From Gemmatimonadota bacterium (GTDB lineage Bacteria > Gemmatimonadota > Gemmatimonadetes > Gemmatimonadales > GWC2-71-9), in the NCBI GenBank assembly GCA_039588295.1, contig JBDHAB010000004.1, positions 96,001 through 160,000 on the forward strand: a DNA stretch of 64,000 bases. Direction: 5' to 3'. The notes under the pieces are model-generated. The model was not told where the DNA came from, did not search any database, and saw nothing but the letters and a program-made list of their open reading frames with translations. A program made the position numbers and the translations under genes. Of the stretch, positions 60,641 to 64,000 are shown in pieces. The stretch's first letter is position 1, and each line of letters opens with the position of its first letter.

Positions 60641-61312
60641 TCAGGCTACCAGCGCGTCTCTCACATGTGCCTCGATGAACGTGCACCACCCGTCGAGCCC
60701 TTCGCCGGTCAAGGCCGACGTCAGGAAGAACCTCAGGTTCGGGTTCACCTCGTGCCCATAGGCGATCGCGCGATCGACGTCGAATTGGAGGTGGGGCAGC
60801 AGGTCGATCTTGGTGAGAATCGCGTATTCCGCCTCACGAAACACCTTGGGGTATTTGACCGGCTTGTCCTCCCCTTCGGGGATGGAGAACACGACGATCT
60901 TGGATTCCTCGCCCAGGTCCCAGCTTGCCGGGCAGACGAGATTGCCCACGTTCTCGATGAACACGAGATCGGTGCGATTGAGATCGATGGCCTCGAGCGC
61001 GGTGAGGATCTGTCGGGCATCCAAGTGACATGCGCCGCCCGTCACCACCGCCTGCACGAGCCTATTCGTGCAACGCGCGAGGCGCTCGGCGTCGTTCTCG
61101 GTCTGCACGTCACCCGTGATCACCGCGATCTCGACATGGTCGCCCAGGCACTCCAGCGTACGCTCCAGCAGGAGCGTCTTGCCAGCACCCGGTGATGAAA
61201 CGAGGTTGAACGCCGTGACACGGTGCTCCTCGAGCCGCCGCCGTACCTCGGCGGCGATCTCGTCGTTTCGCTCCATCACCTTCTCGCGAACCTCGATCTT
61301 CCGGATGGCCAT
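60641..61312 (-). CDS. hypB: Hydrogenase nickel-incorporation GTPase
   Basis: SSPGAGKT, GACHLDA, ENVGNLVCPA, KPVKYP. Confidence 0.93.
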   Translation of the reverse strand: MAIRKIEVREKVMERNDEIAAEVRRRLEEHRVTAFNLVSSPGAGKTLLLERTLECLGDHVEIAVITGDVQTENDAERLARCTNRLVQAVVTGGACHLDARQILTALEAIDLNRTDLVFIENVGNLVCPASWDLGEESKIVVFSIPEGEDKPVKYPKVFREAEYAILTKIDLLPHLQFDVDRAIAYGHEVNPNLRFFLTSALTGEGLDGWCTFIEAHVRDALVA

Positions 61313-61494
61313 CGGACCCCCATGCGCTACGCCGTTTCCAGAGCCTACCGCGGCGAGCATGAAGAAACGGTTAATCGGCGGTGATGGTTGACGTTAGGCT
61401 CCGCAGGTGTAAGAACATCAGATGAGACACGCCCGCGCAGCACGCGCACCCATCACCTGACCCCGGTCACCTAACGGCCACCACCGTATCCTCT

Positions 61495-62980
61495 ATGACC
61501 CATATCACCCACCGACGACCAAGGCACCACCGGCTCTACCGCCCTCGTCATCGATGGCGATGGCCGGGTACGCGCCCGCGCCTATCGGGAGTTCACGCAG
61601 TACTTCCCGGAACCCGGGATGGTCGAGCACGATCCCGAGGAGATCTGGCGTGTCACTCTGACCGTGGCGCGCGAGGCCACCGCCCAGTCGAACGAACCGC
61701 CGGTGGCCATCGGGATCACGAATCAGCGGGAGACCGTCGTCTGCTGGGACCGCGAGACCGGCGAGCCGCTGCACCGCGCGCTCGTGTGGCAGGATCGGCG
61801 GACGGCCCCACGTTGCCGACAGCTCCAAGCCGAGCTGGGAGACACCTACGTGGCGGAGCGAACGGGCCTCGTATGGGATCCGTACTTCTCCGCGACGAAG
61901 ATCGAGTGGATGGCGCGAGAGATCCCCGAAGTCAGGCGGCGGATGGCGCAAGGGAGGGCCGTGTTCGGCACGATCGACAGTTGGCTGGTCTACAAGCTCA
62001 CCGCGGGTCGGGCGTTCGTGACGGACCACACCAATGCCTCGCGCACGCTGCTGTACAATATCGAAACGTTGGACTGGGATGGTGAGTTATTGGAGCTGTT
62101 CCAGGTCTCCCGGGAGGCGCTGCCGGCGATCACGCGGTCCAGTGAAGTCGTCGGTGTCGCGGATCCGGCTCATCTGGGCAGCGAGATCCCGATTGCGGGG
62201 ATTGCGGGCGACCAGCAGGCGGCGCTGTACGGTCAGGGCTGCTGGAGTCCGGGCCAGGCGAAATGCACGTATGGCACAGGGGCGTTTCTCCTCATGGCCG
62301 TGGGACAGACGCTGCCGCCCGTCCGTGAGGGTCGGGGTGTGCTCACTACGGTCTCCTGCGCGGCGGAGGGGAGCCCGAGCTACGCACTGGAGGGTTCGAT
62401 CTTCATCGCCGGGGCGGCGATCCAGTGGCTTCGCGACGGACTCGGGATCCTGGAGCGCGCGGCCGAGACGGAGACCCTTGCCAGGGGACTCACCGACACG
62501 GACGGGGTGTTCTTCGTTCCCGCGCTCGTGGGGCTGGGCGCGCCCCACTGGGAGGCGGAGGCGCGCGGGACGATCGTGGGACTCACCCGCGGCTCGACCC
62601 GCGCACACCTCGCCCGTGCGGCGTTGGAGGCCATGGCCTACAGCACCAGAGATGTGGTCGACGCGATGTCGACCGTCAGTGGCGTTGACCTCGCGGAGCT
62701 CAAGGCGGACGGGGGTGCCGCGGCCAATGACTGGCTGATGCAGTTTCAAGCGGACACCCTTGGGGTTCGGGTCGCTCGCCCGGACGTCGTGGAGACCACC
62801 GCGATGGGAGCAGCCGCGCTGGCAGGGCTCGCGACGGGCGTGTGGCCGAGCCCGGAGCTGTTCTCGGAGCGCCGCTCGTATCGTTGGTTCGAGCCGGAGG
62901 GGTCGGCCGAAGACGCGTACGCCGGATGGCGTCGCGCGGTGGATACGGCACTCCACTGGGCTCGGAGCCCCAGGACATGA
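61495..62980 (+). CDS. glpK: Glycerol kinase with apparent +1 frameshift near the start
   Basis: DQGTTG from 61517 in frame with TNQRET, GDQQAALYG, KCTYGTG; ATG 61495 (MTHI) is out of frame. Confidence 0.85.
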
Positions 62981-63089
62981 CGGTTTCTTTAGGATGGGCT
63001 CACGAACTTTTTGGCTGCTCGGGGATACATTCCCTGTAGCCAAATGCGAGAGTGTTTCCCGTCTTTCGGGCGGAGGGTATATTTCCAAC

Positions 63090-63494
63090 ATGCAAGCCAA
63101 GTACAAGTTCCTTTTCGGAGCCGTCCTGGTCGGTGGGACCGTCGGGTTCCTGATGACCTCGGGCATCAAGGATACGGGGGTGTATTTCCTTACCCCGTCC
63201 GAGCTGGCGTCCAAGGTGAGCGCCGACCCCTCGTTCCACGACGTCGGCGTCAAGATGGGCGCTCGGGTGGTCCACGGGTCGATCGAACGGGATGTTGCGT
63301 CGCAGACGATTACCTTCGAGGTAACGGACGGATCGCAGGCATACCCGGTGGTGTACCGCGGCCTCGCGCCCGACACGTTCACGGACGACGTGGACGTTGT
63401 GGTGGAAGGACGCCTGGATCCGGACGGCACGTTCCGCGCGACCAGCCTGCTCGCCAAGTGCGGCTCGCGCTACGAGACCGTCCCCTCGGCGTGA
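63090..63494 (+). CDS. ccmE: Cytochrome c maturation heme chaperone, CxxxY variant
   Basis: TM, YFLTPSE, PDTF, VVVEG, LLAKCGSRY. Confidence 0.9.
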   Translation: MQAKYKFLFGAVLVGGTVGFLMTSGIKDTGVYFLTPSELASKVSADPSFHDVGVKMGARVVHGSIERDVASQTITFEVTDGSQAYPVVYRGLAPDTFTDDVDVVVEGRLDPDGTFRATSLLAKCGSRYETVPSA

Positions 63495-63498
63495 CGGC

Positions 63499-64000
63499 AT
63501 GACAACCCTCGGACAACTTGCGCTGTGGCTCGCGCTGCTTCTCGGCGCCTGGGGCACGATTGTCGGCTTCTATGGCGGGCTGAAGCAGCGTCCCGAGCTC
63601 ATCCAGAGCGCCCGTCGCGCCACCTACGCCCTGTGTGGCGTTCTCGTGGTTGCATCGATCGGCCTCCTGACCGCCCTGCTCAAGCACGATTTCAACGTCA
63701 CCTACGTCGCGAGCTACACCAGCCGCAATCTCCCGACGGTCTACATCCTGTCGGCCTTCTACGGGGGGCAGGCGGGCAGCTTGCTGTTCTGGGCGGTGGT
63801 GCTGTCGGTCTTCGGCGCGCTGGCCCAGCTGCTGACCTCGCGCAAGTACGACTATCTCCTGCCCTATGTGGCAGCGGTGACCTCGGCGGTGACGCTGTTC
63901 TTCGTGATCGTCACGCTGTTCGCGGCCAACCCGTTCGAGCGCCTGCCGTTCACGCCGGCTGATGGAAGCGGGCTCAATCCGCAGCTCCAGAATCCCGGCA
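63499..64000 (+). CDS. ccmF: Heme lyase CcmF, 3' end outside window
   Basis: Own translation: DFNVTYVASYT...GGQAGSLLFW...DGSGLNPQLQNP. Confidence 0.93.
   Translation, partial: MTTLGQLALWLALLLGAWGTIVGFYGGLKQRPELIQSARRATYALCGVLVVASIGLLTALLKHDFNVTYVASYTSRNLPTVYILSAFYGGQAGSLLFWAVVLSVFGALAQLLTSRKYDYLLPYVAAVTSAVTLFFVIVTLFAANPFERLPFTPADGSGLNPQLQNPG

Overview
High-GC bacterial window; gene content and style suggest Gemmatimonadota or a similar diderm (inference only). Housekeeping and repair genes flank it: ada, uppS, udg, gyrB-dciA-recF and ogt on the left; ppi, IYD-like, mtnA, hypB, glpK and ccmE/ccmF on the right. The core (about 19.4-48.9 kb) is a respiratory island. It holds nine multiheme c-type cytochromes (102 CxxCH by manual count), two NrfC/NrfD-type modules, split and fused CbcL-like cytochrome b/c proteins, a candidate porin-cytochrome conduit and two Rieske/cytochrome b/nonaheme sets. 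The best candidate for an undescribed system is the second Rieske/cyt b set. All four [2Fe-2S] ligands of its Rieske protein are Ser, the two disulfide Cys are kept and the Tat motif is lost. Its cytochrome b keeps four heme His but lacks PEWY. This suggests a natural asymmetric (half-inactive) Rieske/cyt b heterodimer. A second candidate is a sigma-54 operon with three TGT-N11-ACA enhancer sites. It encodes three non-lipoylatable GcvH-like proteins, a HybA/HybB-like pair, a heme-c sensor kinase, an NtrC-type activator and an archaemetzincin. A shared AT-rich motif also links an ArsR-RND efflux operon to a distant sqr-tusE-dsrE sulfur operon. All calls come from reading motifs by eye; no database searches were run.
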